NCBI RefSeq assembly: GCF_009914755.1
Contig: NC_060938.1
Strand: one strand, 5' to 3'
From: the human T2T-CHM13v2.0 reference genome, Homo sapiens
Length of the DNA stretch: 64,000 nt
The stretch's first letter is position 1. The number at the start of each line of letters is the position of its first letter. A program made the position numbers and the translations under genes. A model generated the notes under the pieces. That model saw only the letters and a program-made list of their open reading frames with translations, was not told where the DNA came from and made no database searches. Of the stretch, positions 42,291 through 56,240 are shown in pieces.

Positions 42291-45200
42291 TGGTATCACT
42301 TCCTCCTTTGTTTTCCCTGAATATACTGCTCCCTTAATTGTTTTTACCAGAGCCCTTATATATTTAGTTATAATACACTATGTCTGGTCATTAACTTGAT
42401 AAAAATATGATGAAATTAAACGCCAGCATACAATGTATTTTTAACTGGCCTCCAAGGAGTACGGCAGAAAATCAAAGTTATTTCAGTGAAAACTGCATAC
42501 AGTCACTGAATTTACATACAGTGGTGAAGGATAAAAATCCTAATTCCACAGAAAGCACTTATCTTTCAGATAAGCATGCATAGTTAATACTAGGTATTAT
42601 GAAGCTTCTATTAGTTTGGTAGGTTAAAATACTATAACATAATATAAATGATGACACTTTTACTGTCTCTTAATTTTAGATTTATATATATATGAACAAT
42701 AGGCAAAGTGCTATGATTTTAAAAGATAGATAAAATCAATTTAAACACACAAAAATATATACAGAATAATTTATTTGATATTTTACTTTTACCTAAAGAC
42801 ACAAGTTTAATCAAGGTGTACTTTCCTTGATGTTAACATAAGTTTAAATAAGAGTTTAATACCACTGAAAATTTGTAGTACATTACAAAGGGACACTGCA
42901 GGTATCCTCTTGTTATAATGAGTGTTCTACTCAAGTAATTTTAGTCAGGAGATACGTTGATGTTGTTACTTATTACAAACTCCAGTGTCCATAACTTCAT
43001 ATGTGTATTAAAAAAGCAATAACTTTGATTCCAAGTCTTTAATTTAAGCTGTAATGAAAGTGTATACTTCAGCAGTTGGCAGAATAAGCAATTAAATACT
43101 TCATATTGTATCTCAGTGAGCTGTGCAAAATGTAAAAATGGAAAACTAAATGCAATGTTTGCACATACATAAAAGGAGATGCAATATTATTCCACTGATT
43201 GAACGTAATACCAGAAAACCCTCAGAGAAGATGGGTTCTAAACAATACAGCAGATGACAATCCCAGATCATACTTATAAGCATGATGATATGTAAGTAAG
43301 TGTTAAACCATTTTCTTCATGTCAATTTTAAAAATCCATTTAATTTTTTCTTTTATCCCCAGGAGGTATATTCCATTCAGATGATTTAGAGGTTAGCCTA
43401 AAACCTCCCAAGTACCCTAAAGTGAGACTTTTTATTAAAAACTATAATTTGTTATTTTTACCACAGAAGATAATTAAAAAGCTATTGCTGAAAAGGTCTC
43501 AGGAGGAAAAACCATGTTAATTTTTTCTCTTAATTTTATAAGAAACAAAATTGACTAACTTAAAAGCAGAAGGCTGCAACAGATTCTGAAATGTGAAGGG
43601 AATAAAAGTGGTAATGTTTTCCTCTTTTTTTTTTTTCTTGGACTATAAATCTTTTTAACCACTATAATGAGCTCCATTGAAAAGTACCAGGTAAGTAAAA
43701 ACTAAAATAGAAGAGGAAATGCAACAACTGAATACAAGGCATATATGTGTGTTTATTTCATTTATTTTTATGTAACTCTATAAAAGATTGATATATCCAT
43801 TTTATAGGAAACTCCTATTCATGTTTAGCAACCATACTGATAGTAAAAATAATAGCTGACATTAAAAATCCAGGTATTACAGACCCTAAATCACTCACAC
43901 TAATGATTATCCAACAGAATAAGAAATCAGGAAGATGACATTTTCATGGATTAAAATCAAATTGTCTTATAATCCCAAATAAAATGTAACACTGATTTTT
44001 AAGATGCACTATTGTTTTAATAACCCCTTTTAGGGAAAGGAGATAATAACTAACATGGCGTTAAATGAGTCTTATTTTTATTTTCTACTAGTAATAGCAA
44101 ACATTTATTCAACTAATTATATAACTTTTCTTCTTTCATTACCACAAATTTGAGTATCATCTTCTTTACATTCAGCAAGAATTCTTCTGAGTAGGCACTT
44201 TTCACATCATAGAAATATTTTGCTTATCATACTTTGCTCGTGCTATTAACACCTTTAGAAGTGACTGTGTATTTTTTAGATATCCAGAAATTTATAAGTT
44301 TTTATCTGCCTTTGGTCTTTGGAATCTTGTATTATTTTTCTTAATTGAATTATGTCTAAATTAAAGAGTTTTCCTTGAAAGCATCCTGGTGTGGTATAGG
44401 AGAGAATACTTCTTGTTTGAACTCAACTTCAACAGTTTTTTCTAGTTGTGTTCTAGCGTCTAGCATGCATAGCATTTATTTTTTATGTCCTTGGAACTGT
44501 CTTGGCTTTTAGTCACTAGTTCTATTCAGTCTGCATTTTTCTTAAGCAAATCACAAGTTCCTTGAGCCTAACATCATTATCTTTCCCTTTTCTTTTGAAG
44601 CGGTGTGGGATTGGTGAATCCTGACAGCTTCCCCAGAACTACAGTAAGGCAAAGAAATACCAGGCCCCATTCCTTGAAAATTTGACTCAGTCTACCCTAC
44701 TATGCTACTTGAGGGCTCCCCCAAGTGGGACCCAGATCTCAGAACTTCTAGGCAAGTCTTGCAATCTTCCTCAACTACATGTTGGGAAGTGAGCATGCAT
44801 CCTTCTTTCCTACTCTGGTGGGTTGTAGATGCCTTTTATCAGGGAATATAGGCACCCACTCTATTGCCTTTCTTTATCAGGGAATATAGGACCCACTCTA
44901 TTGTTCTTCTCTCACTTATGCTAAAATAATCCTCTTTACCATGCCTGGAACTCTGTATTTGCTTTGGGAATTGCTCCTGATATTTTTTATTCCTGACATA
45001 AAGCATTTCAGAACTCAACGCTTTTTCTCCCCCAGCCACCTCCTGCTCACTTCCACCACCATGACCTCTATTTGATTTAAATACTAGGTTTTCAAGGCTA
45101 CTGTTTTTGCTTGGACTTTATACAATCTATTAAAAGTTCATTTGTCACCTTTCTTGTTTTGTGCAGGTGTAGGTTGGTCTTCCCATTCTTGTGCCATAAG

Positions 45201-47032
45201 CCTTAGCCTTCTCTGTTGTAATTTTAAGTAATGAGAGAGCAGTTAATAAAGAAAATTACAAGAATAGAAAAATGCATTTGTTAATTTGCCAAATTCTCAA
45301 CTGACCTTTTCAAAAAGTTTTTAACTTATATAGCAAACTACTTTCAACTTGCATTTAGCTTTGAGTATCTTGAAAATAATTCCCTATAGTATTTCTTATT
45401 TATATTTCTTTTAGCATCAGTTACTGATTATAAAACAAAACGAACACAGCAGCCCTCAGGTAAAGACAGCATTGAATGTGTCCACAGCATCAGTGGGTCT
45501 CTCAGTCTTTCATGCAGTTTAGCAAGTTTTCTTCCCTCACCTATCTTAGTGAGCCACTGCTGTCTGAAGAGATGTGAACTGGCTATGCAAGCAGAGTCTC
45601 TGGTAAAGCTCACCAGTAAATAAATGAAAGGCCTTGCAAGTATACTTCAAGGATCTTTTTAAAGAAAACTAAGCATTAAGCACAGAGAACAAGGTCTTTA
45701 GTGACAACCAAGGGAAATATTCTTGCCCTGCGATCACAGAAATAGAAGTAATAGAAAAAGTAGAAATTGAAGTTGAAAAAACATTGAATCTAAAACTTCC
45801 TACATAAATTAAGGGTGTTATGATAAAGTTAAATATGTAGTTCCAAAACAACTATGACACATACAATAAAACAGAACTTTGGAAAAAAGTAAGTTCTTTA
45901 GTAACTTGAAAAAAATTATTCCTTTCACAGTAGCTAAAGCTGAAGTGAAGATGAAAACAAAGACTGTCATTTTACGTAGTCTTTAATATTCAGTACATAT
46001 TTTATGTGACTTTACATTCCTAATATGTCAGTTTAAAGTATATTAAAGGGATATGTGAGAATATTTAAAATATAGCCAATATTTATTGAGTGATTGCTAT
46101 GTTCTTTTAATCCCAAGCAAATCAATGAAATAGCTCATTAACTTTAAATTGTTTCTATATTTTTATATTTTAACTCTTTCTATTAAAATGTGTAGAATTA
46201 CTGTTTCTAAATATAATAATTCTAGAAAAAATAAAATGATAAAAATGATGAGAAAAGAGTAAATATGGTATCTCAGAAAACATACAGAATAAATAATGTT
46301 CAAATGAATCTTGTTAGCCTTTCTTATTCCTGCCCCTTTGTAATATTTGAAAGGTAATTGCTAACACTTACCTTAGGGAATGATTAATGTTTTTAACTTT
46401 CAGAGCACATTTATCTTATTATATTAATATAATTTATTTCCTGTTTTATATAGTTAGCAATACGTTTAATAAGGAATTATAATCATGATTAAGTAAATTA
46501 TATTGAATAATACTGTTCATATTCATGATTTGGTAGAGTTTAAAACATTTGACATTTAATGAATAGGACTTAAGAAGGTGAAATTTCGATACATTAAATA
46601 ATTTTTTGTTTTAGTTTCTAAAAGAATAGGTTATTATTATTTAAAATCCAGCACATATATAAAATTCTAGTAACTACAATTTTATCACCAAAGCATTTCC
46701 TTATTATTGGATTTTTTTAATGACAAGGCTTTTTTATAATACTTATAATAAATATCATAATAAATATTTTAAGACTTAAAAATGAAATGATATTTGAACT
46801 TTTGCAAGTTTCCTATCTAAACTTACAAAAGTAAATGTGTTATGTAGTAGAAGTTAATATGAGACATTCTGGCTCATAATAGTCACTTTGGTCACAGTCA
46901 GGTTAACATACCCTCATCTGTGGGGAAATGAGCCTCTAATGGAAAACATCAATCCTTAACATACAAGTGACAACTTTATTAAAAATGTTTTTTAAATAAG
47001 CTTATTTAAAGAAAATAATATAAAAATGTGTT

Positions 47033-48565
47033 CACAAAGCAATAGTAATCAAAACAATATTGGACTAGCATAAAAACAGACATATAGACAAATGGAACAG
47101 AGAGCCTAGAAATAAACTTAAGCATATGCAGTCAACAAATTTTTGATAAGTCCACCAAGAAGACCCAATGAAGCAAGAATAGCCTCTTCAGTAAATAGTG
47201 TGGGAAAATGAATATCCACATGCAAAAGAATGAAACTGGCTCGTATCTTACACCATACACAGATTAACTCAAAATGGATTAAAGATCTATGCATAAGACC
47301 TGAAGCTATACAATCCTAGAAGAAAAAGGGATGGAAGCCCCTTGGTATTGGCTCTGACAAGAAATTGTTGGATATTTAACCAAAAGCATAAGCAGCAAAA
47401 TAAAAAATAAACAATTGGGACTACATCAAACTAAAAAGCTTCAGTACAACAAAGGGAGCAATTAACAAAATGCAAAGATAGCAATGAACTGTAAAAATCA
47501 TGTGTGAACCACATTATCAGATAAAGGGGTAATGTCCAAACTATATAATGAACTCATGCAACTCGACAGCAAAAAAACAAATAATCTGACCCTGCAAAAA
47601 TAAGCAAAAGACAATAGATATTTCTTTAAAGAAGAAGTAAAACTGGTCAACAGGTAGATGAAAAGGTGTTCAATATCACTAACCATCATGAAAATGAAAA
47701 TCAAAACCAAAATTAAATATCATCTTACATCTGTTGGCATGACTATTATAAAAAAAAGATGAGATAACAAGTGTTGGCAAGGGTTTAGAGATAAACGAAA
47801 CCTCTACACTATTAGTGGGTATGTAGATTGGTTCAGCCATTGTGAAAAACAGTATGAAGCTTCCTTAAAAAGTTAAACATCGAACTACCATATGACCCAG
47901 AAATCTCTTTTCTAGATACCTACCCAGAAGAAATCACCAACTTATAAAGACAACTGCACACCCATGTTTATTGCATCATTATTCCTAACAGCCAAGATAT
48001 GGAAACAACCTAAATGTCCATGAATGAATGAATGGATAAAGAAACTGCAAATTACACAATTGAATATTACCCAGCTTTAAAAAAACAAGGTACTGCTATT
48101 TGCAACAGCAGGGCGGACCTAGAAGAATTAAGCTAAGTAAAATAAAGCAGACCCAGAAATAAATAAGAGTGCATGATATCACTTATATGTGGAATCTAAA
48201 ACAAAACAAAACAAAAACTCAAATACACAGAAATAGAACATGGAAAAATGGCTACCAGGGGTGTAAGTGTGAGGAAAATGGAGAGATGGAGGCCAAAGGG
48301 TACAATGTTCAGTTATGTAGGATAAATAAGGATAGAGATTAATCACAGAACAGAAGGACCACAGTTAATAGTATTACATAATATAAATTTGCTAAGAGAG
48401 TCAATTTTAGGTACTTGTACCACATATACCCACATATTGACAAACATAAGAGAACTATATAAGAGAATGAATACGTTAATTTGCGAGACTGTAGTAATCA
48501 TTGTATTATGTATATTTATATCAAAACATCATGTTGTATACCTTAAAAATGTACAATTAAAAAAG
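47033..48565 (+). mobile_element. L1MA-type (approx. MA8-10) ORF2 3' part plus 3'UTR
   Basis: aaagcaatagtaatcaaaaca...gggactacatcaaactaaaaagcttc...gaactaccatatgacccag...cacttatatgtggaatctaaa...aaatttgctaagagagt...tatcaaaacatcatgttgtatacct. Confidence 0.88.
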
Positions 48566-48989
48566 ACAAATTTAAAAATTATTAATAGTGTATTCACATT
48601 TTAATACTACAAATTTCTAGGAACAATTTTGACGACTACATTATTCTTTACATAGGAATTAAAAATGTAATCATAGAGATTGAGCTATTTTAAAAGTTAT
48701 CTTCTGTGTTTTTAGTACAAATTGTACTGTCAGTCTCCCTTAAATTCACTGTGATTTCAGCCAGTAGGGTGCCTAAATATGAAATTTATAATGTCACCAT
48801 GGATATTTTATAAATTTTTTTAGACTTCTATGTATATGTCCCTTAATTCCACCACCAGACATCAGAAAGGCTGAGCCTTTAATGGCACATTTGATTCATT
48901 TTCCACAATTTTTAGAATTGCAGTCTGGGGTGACAGTTGAGAATACTCAACTAAAGTATTTTTGTTTACTAAGAAAAACGAAAAGTAGT

Positions 48990-49180
48990 AACTCTAATAT
49001 TTTTGAGGACTCACTATTGCCAGATATTTTGCTAAATATTTTACACATTATTTTAATTTAAATCTTATAAAAAATCTATCGAGGTTAGTATTATTATCTT
49101 CATTTCCTCAGTTGAAGAAGTAGATTAAACCAATAAACTTTCCCAGGTCATACAGTTGGTAAGAAGCAGAAGATAATATA
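48990..49180 (-). mobile_element. MIR SINE
   Basis: tttgaggactcactattgccagat...ttattatcttcatttcctcagttgaagaag...cccaggtcatacagttggtaagaagcaga. Confidence 0.7.
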
Positions 49181-50022
49181 AATATTATTACCCAATATTG
49201 TCCAATTTCCAGGCTACTCTTGTAATCTTAATCACTATTCTCCATTTCTTCTTCTTATATCAAATGTGTTGCTTTCAGTTTTTCCTGACAAATGTGTGCT
49301 TTATTTACATTCCTTTAGAAATTTATAAATTTTTTTTTCACCATTGGGAAGGCCTAATTATGTTGAACTCAATTACATAGCAAGGGGCAACAGAGGAAGA
49401 TAACAAATCTAGCTTTTATCTTTAGGACAAGGGTTAGTCATACAAAAAGCTTTTGATTTTGTGAGACCTGACAGTTAAAGTGAATTCTGATTCTGCTTTC
49501 CATTTTATTTAGAGACTCCAGTGGATGTGTGCTTTGGTTGTGCTGAGTTTGTACTCATAACTGTTACATAAATCATTAAATGACAGGGTATTTCATACTG
49601 CCTCAGGAAAGAATTTGTATGTATTACTGACATATCCCCCTACCATGTATTTATTACTCCCATCTGTTAAAGCAAAACAACATTGAAAACCACCCAAGAG
49701 ACCATGTGTAACAGTAAAAATAATCATTCTTTAGCAGCTTCTGATAAATTACTATGAAAGAAAAACTTGCTTCCTATCAAGTTTGGAAAAAACACATTCT
49801 AATTATTTTCTTGTCATGCTTGGATCAGCAGGTGAAAGGACACCTCAACCTAAAAATTAATTTTGTTATAGATTTCAATCCTGATAAATTGGAATTAAGC
49901 AGCTCAGTCAGCATCTTTCTTCATCAGGTAGGTTTTCTAAGGACTACTACAAAAATATCCAGGAGGTAGTAATAAATTAATAATTAGGGTTTGAGTTTTT
50001 AGTTTTTATTCATCTTGGTATC

Positions 50023-50290
50023 TGATATGGTTTGGCTGTGTCTCCACCCAAATCTCATCTTGAATTGTAGTTCTCATAATCTTCACGTGGTGTGGGAGGA
50101 ACCCAGTGGGAGGTAATTGAATCAGGGGGGCAGTTACCCCCATACTGCTGTTCTCGTGATAGTGAGTGAGTTCTCACAAGATCTGATGGTTTTATAAAAG
50201 GCTTTTACCCCTTTGCTAGGCACTTTTCTCCTTTATAAATTACCCAGTCTCAGATATTTCTTCATAGAAGCATGAGAATGGACTAATACA
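50023..50290 (+). mobile_element. THE1 solo LTR with an internal deletion and a perfect 5-bp TSD
   Basis: tgatatggtttggctgtgtc...ggactaataca. GTATC at 50018-50022 and 50291-50295. Confidence 0.93.
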
Positions 50291-50355
50291 GTATCTATTT
50301 TATATAAGGGGAATCATAATCACTTCCTTCAATTATTTTTAAGAATAACTAGGTT

Positions 50356-50656
50356 GGCCAGGCGCGGTGCCTCATGCCTGTAATCCCAGCACTTTGGGAG
50401 GCCGAGGCGGGTGGATCACCTGAGGTCAGGAGTTCAAGACCACCCTGGTCAATATGGTGAAACCCCATCTCTATTAAAAATACAAAAATTAGCTGGGCGT
50501 GGTGGCGGGCGCCTGTAGTTCCAGCTACTCAGGAGGCTGAGGCAGGAGAATTAGCTTGAACCTGGGAGGTGGAGGTTGCAGTGAGCCGAGATCGCGCCAG
50601 TGCACTCCAGCCTGGGCGACAGAGCAAGACCCTGTCTCAAAAAGAAAAAAAAAAAA
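50356..50656 (+). mobile_element. AluS (Sx-like) with a 14-bp TSD
   Basis: Full dimer. AAGAATAACTAGGT at 50341-50354 and 50655-50668. Confidence 0.96.
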
Positions 50657-51739
50657 GAATAACTAGGTATATTTCTATAAACCTACAGGATATTTTACTA
50701 CTGCTATATGCTATATTCTGGATTTATTACTAATAGTCTTAATATTTTGATTCTGCAATGCCGCCTGTCCCTTCCATGTGTCATTGATAACTTCCTTTCA
50801 CAGTCTTTCAACTGAAGTTCTTGCTTCTGGTGAGTACCGATTACTGTCCATAGTACGTATTGCTACTATAGTTCAATCTTATTCTCCTGCTAAAATTATT
50901 TGAGTCATTGCTCTTTTGTAAAATTATTTATAATAATAGCTACTATACACTTTGATGGATTATTCAATTTAACTGGGTTAAAATGTATAATGTCACCATG
51001 GATATTTTCTAAGTTTTGTTAGGCTATTTTAGCTTGATGTCTCTTAAATATCCATTTGGGCAGTCATTTTGGTTAATATATTTTCATAGACTTTACACAG
51101 TAGAGAATGTTGATATATAAATTTAAACATACTGATGTACCATAGCTTTAATTCAATTATTGACAATGATAAAAAATTTAATTCTCAAAGTGTCCTAAAA
51201 TTATAGACATAGAAGAACAAAAGTAAGAAAAACAGGCAATGCTTCTTGTTGTGAATACTTACAAAAATGTATAAATAGAGATTAGCATCACTTACTACAC
51301 TTTGGATTTAAAATGTCAGTAATATTTTCTTCTCATAGAAATGGTACAACATTAATTGATACATTTATTCATTCATTTAAAATCATCTAACTTATGTTGG
51401 CACGAAAAAAGTAATGGAGGATCAAGCAGAGTAAACTTTTTATATTACTGTTATATATTTGATATTTATAATCCCAATTTTAATATGAGCATTAAAATTG
51501 GAAGTGTAAGGGAGAACAGACATGAGCATGAGGATGTTATCTAAAACATATTCAAATATAATTTAACATAACTTCAAGCTCTCTATACGTTTTCTTTGAG
51601 TCTTAGAATATTCAAAATTTAAAATTACCTGAAATACAATATTGTATTTTAGTGATTTTATGGCCAATGAAACACAATAACTTTCTCTTAATGAATATAT
51701 AGGACAATATGACAAGAAATGCTACTTGCTAATCTTTTC

Positions 51740-51880
51740 CCACTCCACTTACTCATTAACAATTTTTAGCAGTGCTGTATTTCTGAGCATCCCTCCAAAT
51801 TAGGTGTGGTCATATGACCTAGTCCTGGCCAATGACATGTAAGTGTAGGTGCTGTGTGAGGCCTCTGGGAAGGCCTACAT
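51740..51880 (+). mobile_element. Old MLT1 LTR fragment
   Basis: ttaggtgtggtcatatgacctagtcctggccaatgacatgtaagtg...ctctgggaagg. Confidence 0.6.
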
Positions 51881-54800
51881 CTTTTCAGTAGTAACTATTG
51901 AAATAGTGATATATCCAGTAGGGTTCTTTGTTTAAAGAGATACCATAAACATGCCTCCCAAATGGCACAAAGTAAATCGATAACTGAACCAATCAATGAC
52001 AATTTAGAATACATATTTTAAATGTTTTTCAGAAAGCCCTAATGTGATATCCGTATTTATTCCTATATGAAATCCATATTTAGATTATTGTTCTCTACTA
52101 ACATACTTATATTTACTAAGCATCTAATCTAGTATCACTCTCCACTGAAGTGTGCCTATGTTTAAATATTATTTTAACTTATTATCAACCTCATATTTGT
52201 ACTGCATATTCCTGTCAGTTTCTAGAAAAATGTTTTTTAATTATCAAAGATTTCTTAACGCATTGCTTTAGGAAATTAACAGTTGGAGAAACACGTGATG
52301 TCTTATACAAAGATGTACATTAAGGTCATTTGATATTTTGAATGGCAAATAACTACAACATTCTATTTTAATGGAAAATGTTGCACAATATCGTAGATTG
52401 ATTCAGTCATTGAAAGCCATCTGTTGAGAGCCTATTACTTAAACAAATTAGACGGAGTCTTTGTTCTCCTTATATGTTAAAGTCTAACCTATACCTGCCT
52501 CATTGAGTTATTCTGAGGATTAAAAGAATTAATATATATAAAGCACAATATATATAATATATATAAAGATGCAATAATAACATCTTCTATTCCTACTACC
52601 ATTATGACTAAAATTACTTGGTTGCAATTGGTACATGTGTAGAAAGAGTGCAGTGAGCAATTAATTTAATTATCACTCAAAATGTATAATAATAATCTGG
52701 GAACATATAATATGAAAAACATGGAGATATGACCTTGCTTAGAAATAGTGACAATCTTTATCTATTTTTGGAAATCGGAAAATTTACCAATATAAATGAT
52801 AGATAGATCCTAATTTAAAAGTAAAAAATGAAATTATAAAGTGTTACAAGTAAATATTTGAGAATGTTTTTAGATTTTTGAGTGCATTATGTTTTCTAAG
52901 AGGATCTGAAATTCAGAGACCATACAATGGAAAAATTGCATAAAAATGTAAAAATATGAAAAATAAAAATAACAAATAAATGAAAAGATAAATGCATGGA
53001 GGACTATTTCCAAAACATATGACATAATCCTTCTTAATATATAAAGGGTCTGTATAATCAGTAAGAAAAATATTAGCAATTAAAAATATGAAATATAAAT
53101 GGAAAATAATTTGGAGAACGAGAGTTTATTTTGGAAGAGACTCTGGTAATTTCTCTGGTAAGAAATTGAAGTTAGTGATGGTGGTAGATATGAATAAGGG
53201 TTGAATGATTTGAAGAATATTGAAAAATAAAATTGGTAGAAATTATTGATTAATTGGATATAGAGAATAAAACAGAGAAAGGCGTCAAGGTACATTTCTT
53301 GCTGGCTTGAGCAATGGGACAGATAATGGCCATTCAGTCTAATGGGGATCACAAGAGGAGGACAATGTTTGAGATAGAATAGGTTAGAATATAGAAGCAT
53401 TAAGTTTGGGAGGCCACTGAGATATCCAAGTACAGGTTTTTCAAATAAATAGGTCTAGGGAGGTAACATTAAAACTCTGACAACTTCATTCATCAACATG
53501 TTCTTTGGTACTTGACAAATAATTTGAAGTATTATGGCAATCACATATTGTGTGTTGGCTCCTTTAAAGAACACAACCAAAGAAAGGGAGTTAGGAAAAT
53601 AAGAGATTTATTTACTTCAGAACAAGACTACAAGACTGGATAGGACATGAGGTTTGGCAGGAAAATGAAATATTTCATTAAGGTCAGACAACTGACTAAG
53701 AACAAAGGGTGTCAATCTTTTTAATCATATAGATGGCATCAACAAAAATAATGAAACAGTATAAAAATATTAGCTTAGGATAAGCAAAGAAAGTATTTAA
53801 TTGTCCACACTGCAGTTATTAATTAAAAAGAAAACACAAGAAAAACTAACAGAATCTCTGCCCCTCCCCAAACTCAACCTTGGAGACACTATAAAATTAG
53901 AGGGAGATTCCTGAACCTAAGGGGAAAATTGCAGCCGCTAATGGAAAGGGGATTATGTCACAAACAGGAAATAGGTTGGCATATGATATTTTACTTTTTC
54001 TCTCCCACACCACATCATTTTTATAAGTCAGTCATTACTGAAGATTTTTCCTCTGAGAAAACAAAAATTAATTATACCAGGTAATAGGTCAGGAGTAGAT
54101 AAAATTTGTAGGCAAACTGGCAACCTGAGTGTTTTCTCTCCTCCCCACCCTTTTTTTCCCAAAATGATTACATGTGAAGGAGTCTTTTCAAAGCAGAATT
54201 ACAATAAATTTCCCTGAGAGTTATGATAATACATGGAGAGGAGTCAAATCCAGTCTGCAATGCCAAAGGCTATACTCTGAGATGAATCATTTGTACCATT
54301 CACTTTCTATTTGATTCTTGAACTCAGGTGGTTAGAAAGAAGTTACGATTTGAGCTTTAGCTTATCTCACAGAAATATATTACTGCCCAAGACAATTAAC
54401 ATGGGCAAAAGAATATGTGCTCACCAAAAGAATATGCACTCACCAAGAATATGGGGCTCACAGAAAAGCTCAACCATGATAAATAATGATAGAAAAAAAA
54501 AACCTAGACCAGCTGAGGATGCAATTAATGTTAAATTTTTAACCGAAATGTAAGACAAAAATTTTAAATCAACAAAACTATCCTCAAGGAAACAGAAGTG
54601 ATTTTGTAAGTTGCTAGTTGGCAAAATATAGCTTTAAAACCTTTGAGAAATACTGGATACTGCAATACTAATTGCAATAAAGAACCCAACAGATAGGCTG
54701 AATTGCAAAATAGATCTAACGTAAGAGGTTTTGAACCAGATTATGTCAAACAATGCTCTCAGAAGGCATCAGTAGAGTATCAGTATAGTTTAAAAATTAC

Positions 54801-54936
54801 AAAAGAAGTAAAGAAATATGTAGGAAAGAAATGTGTCAATATCCATATATACTTAGAAAAGAAAAAAATAAACAAAGTAGTCACTACTTGAAAATACAAT
54901 GGTACAATTTTCTAGGATATTACCTCATATTTTTTA

Positions 54937-55920
54937 AAAGTGGGCAAAAGACATGCACAGACATTTCTCTGAAGAAGATATACAGATGGAAAATAAACAT
55001 CTGAAATATCATTGGGCATTAGAGAAATACAAATTAAAACTAAATAGATATGACTACACACCTATCAGGATGGCTGAGATGAAAATAGTGAAAACGACAA
55101 ATCCTGATAAACATATACAGAAAGTGGCTCACTCATATATTTCTAGTGGGAACGAAAAGAATAAAACCACTTCATAAAATAGTTTGGCAGTTTCTTTTAA
55201 AACTAAAGATGGACTTACTACACCACTCAGCAACTGCACTGCTGGGCATTTATCCCAGAGAAACAAGTATTTATTTTCACACAGGAACTTGTACATGAAT
55301 GCTTATAGTACCTTTACTGCTAATAGCTAAAAACTTGAACAACCCAAATGTATTTTAAAGAAAGAATTATTAAACAAACTGTAGGACACCCATACCATTA
55401 GAATACTACTCAACCATGAAAAGAATGAACTACTGATATATGCAACAAGTTGGATAAATCTCAAAGAAATTACACTAAATAGAAAAGTTAATTTCAAACA
55501 AATAGGTATTGCATAATTCCATTTCTGTAACAACTGTGAAATAATATAATTATAGGGATGAGGAGGAAATTAGTGGTTTCCAGGGATAAGGGATATAAAA
55601 GAGTAACATCAGGGAGTCTACGGTGATGATACAGTTGAGTATCTTGTTTGCATTATGGTTACACAAAGCTACGCACATGCAAACACAGATACACAAACAA
55701 ATGAGTGCATGCATGTACAATGGGTGAACTCTGATTAAACTTCATGGATTGTACCAATGTCAGTTTCTTGGTTTTCATAATGTACTTGTGTTTGTGTAGG
55801 ATTCTGGCTTGAAGTGGGCATAATGGGAGAAGGTTTCATGGAACTTTCCTGTACATTTCTATGTAACTTCCTGTGAATCTGTAATTATTTCAGAATAAAT
55901 GATTTTAAAAAGAAAAAAAA
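54937..55920 (+). mobile_element. L1MD/MC-type 3' end
   Basis: tgggcaaaagacatgcacagacatttctctgaagaagatatacagatgg...ctgggcatttatcccagagaaa...ggattgtaccaatgtcagtttcttggt...aacttcctgtgaatctgtaattatttc. Confidence 0.85.
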
Positions 55921-56039
55921 CACTGCTTATTGAAAAGGCTTTTAAAGTACTGAAGGGGATATGTAAGGGTGAGAAAAAGATACACAAATGACACACATGA
56001 ATACTTACACACAAACTTGTTATAGTAAATTTTAAGAAT

Positions 56040-56240
56040 GGAAGGGGAACATCACACACCGGGGACTGTTGTGGGGTGGGGGGAGGGGGGAGGGATAGCT
56101 TTAGGAGATATACCTAATGCCAATTGACGAGTTAATGGGTGCAGCACACCAACACGGCACATGTATACATATGTAACAAACCTGCACGTTGTGCACATGT
56201 ACCCTAAAACTTAAAGTATAATAATAATAAAATTAAAAAG
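56040..56240 (+). mobile_element. Heavily 5'-truncated L1PA3/4 3'UTR (about 200 bp)
   Basis: ggaaggggaacatcacacaccggggactgttgtggggtgggggg...gacgagttaatgggtgcagcacacc...cctaaaacttaaagtataataataataaaa. Confidence 0.93.
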
